From Callorhinchus milii (Eukaryota), in assembly GCF_018977255.1 (NCBI RefSeq), contig NW_024704771.1, positions 2,790,001 to 2,854,000 of the forward strand: a stretch of 64,000 bases of DNA. The letters are read 5' to 3'. Both the position numbers and the translations under genes were made by a program. Of the stretch, positions 62,860 through 64,000 are shown in pieces. The notes beneath the pieces were generated by a model. The model was not told the DNA's origin, ran no database searches, and saw only the letters and a list, made by a program, of their open reading frames with translations. Positions within the stretch are counted from its first letter, which is position 1, and each line of letters starts with the position of its first letter.

Positions 62860-64000
62860 TGTGGGCGAAAGGTGGGGGGGGAAGCAGGGAGCTCGAAAGC
62901 ACGGTCGAAGAGGAGGGTATTTAAATGGGTCTTGAGGGAGGCAAGGGAAGGGGCGAGGTGAAGGGACTGCTGGATGGAATTCCAGAGGGTGGGAGCAGAG
63001 TGGCCCTAGGCCCTCCTGCCAATAGGGAGTGAGCAAGATGGGGAACGTGAATCAGGCCGGAGTCTGCTGAGCGTTGGGAGCTGGCAGAATGGTAGGGGAT
63101 TAGGAGTTCCTGGAGTTATGGGGGGAGCAAGATCATAGAAGGCTTTGAAGGTGAGGACCAGGATCTTGAACTGTATCCTCTGTGTGATGGGAAGCCAGTG
63201 GAGTCGGGGGAGGATGGGGGTGATTGGGTCAAGGAACCTGGTGCGGGAGAGGACACGGGCTGCAGAGTTCTGGATGATCTGCAGCCTGTGGATGGAAGAG
63301 TTGGGGAGGCCACTAAGCAGGGAGTTGGTGTAGTCAAGCCTATAATCAAGGCATGCATGAAGGTTTCAGCGGCCTGCGGTGTGAGACAGTGGCGGACCCG
63401 GGTGATGTTGCGGAGGTGGGGGAAGGCAGAGCGGGTCATTGCGCAGATGCAGGGTAGAAAGGATAGATAAGGGTCAAACAAAATGCCAAGGTTCCAGACT
63501 GGCTTAGCAAGGTGGAGTGTACGTCCATGGCTGGTGATACTGTCAGCACCTGAGGTGATAAACTCCTGACGGGAGCCAATCAGGAGTGCCTTGGTCTTAT
63601 TGATGTTTAACTGAAGAAAATTGGCTCTTATCCAGGACAGGCAGTCTGTCAGGACAGCAGTGGTACTGGAGGCAAAGAGGTACAGTTGGGTGTCATCCGC
63701 ACACATCTAGAAGTTGACCCCATGTCTGCGGATGATGTCACCAAGAGGGAGTGTATAGATATTGAAGAGGAGGGAACCAAGGACAGAGCCCTGAGGAACG
63801 CTACATGAGACGGTGCAGGGGCTGGAGGAGAAGCTGTTTGTGTGAGATGAAGTGGAGGCGGTGTGAGAGATACGAACTGATGAGGAAGATGAGGAGGCAG
63901 AGGGAGCCCTGGTCGCAGATGGACAGAATATCATTTGTCACTTTGGCCAGGGCTGTTTTTGTGCTGTGGGCAGCACCAGTTGGAGGGGTTTGTGAAGGGA
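62860..64000 (-). mobile_element. L2-clade LINE RT and 3' end in TRIM intron
   Basis: [40 protein letters not shown]...WIRANFLQLNINKTKALLIGS...LGILFDPYLSF. Confidence 0.9.

Overview
Eukaryotic, intron-containing, repeat-rich vertebrate DNA, most likely a cartilaginous fish (inference from the repeat types: CR1 and L2 LINEs, tRNA- and Deu-domain SINEs with (TTA)n tails, and a 'AGTAAAGCTCCCTCTACACTG' minisatellite). Bases 1-55.6 kb are a tandem, birth-and-death cluster of two-exon GPR139/GPR142-like class A GPCR genes. I find four intact genes (two on +, two on -; 64-nt exon 1, 4.2-5.1 kb phase-1 intron, ~900-nt exon 2; 317-322 aa), a fifth exon 1 whose partner lies left of the window, and at least five pseudogene fragments broken by inversion, microhomology deletion and LINE/SINE insertion. 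The - strand block is bounded by two N-gaps. Bases 57.3-62.3 kb hold five 3' exons of a - strand TRIM gene (coiled-coil, linker, PRY-SPRY); its RING/B-box exon is outside the window. Most notable: the receptors lack Asn1.50 and vary at the TM6 toggle residue; each gene has a decayed 'shadow' copy of its own promoter ~2 kb upstream; and an unidentified antisense coding-like relic abuts every exon 2 that retains its 5' end. Splice-site coordinates were read from the sequence; repeat boundaries are approximate and no database search was possible.
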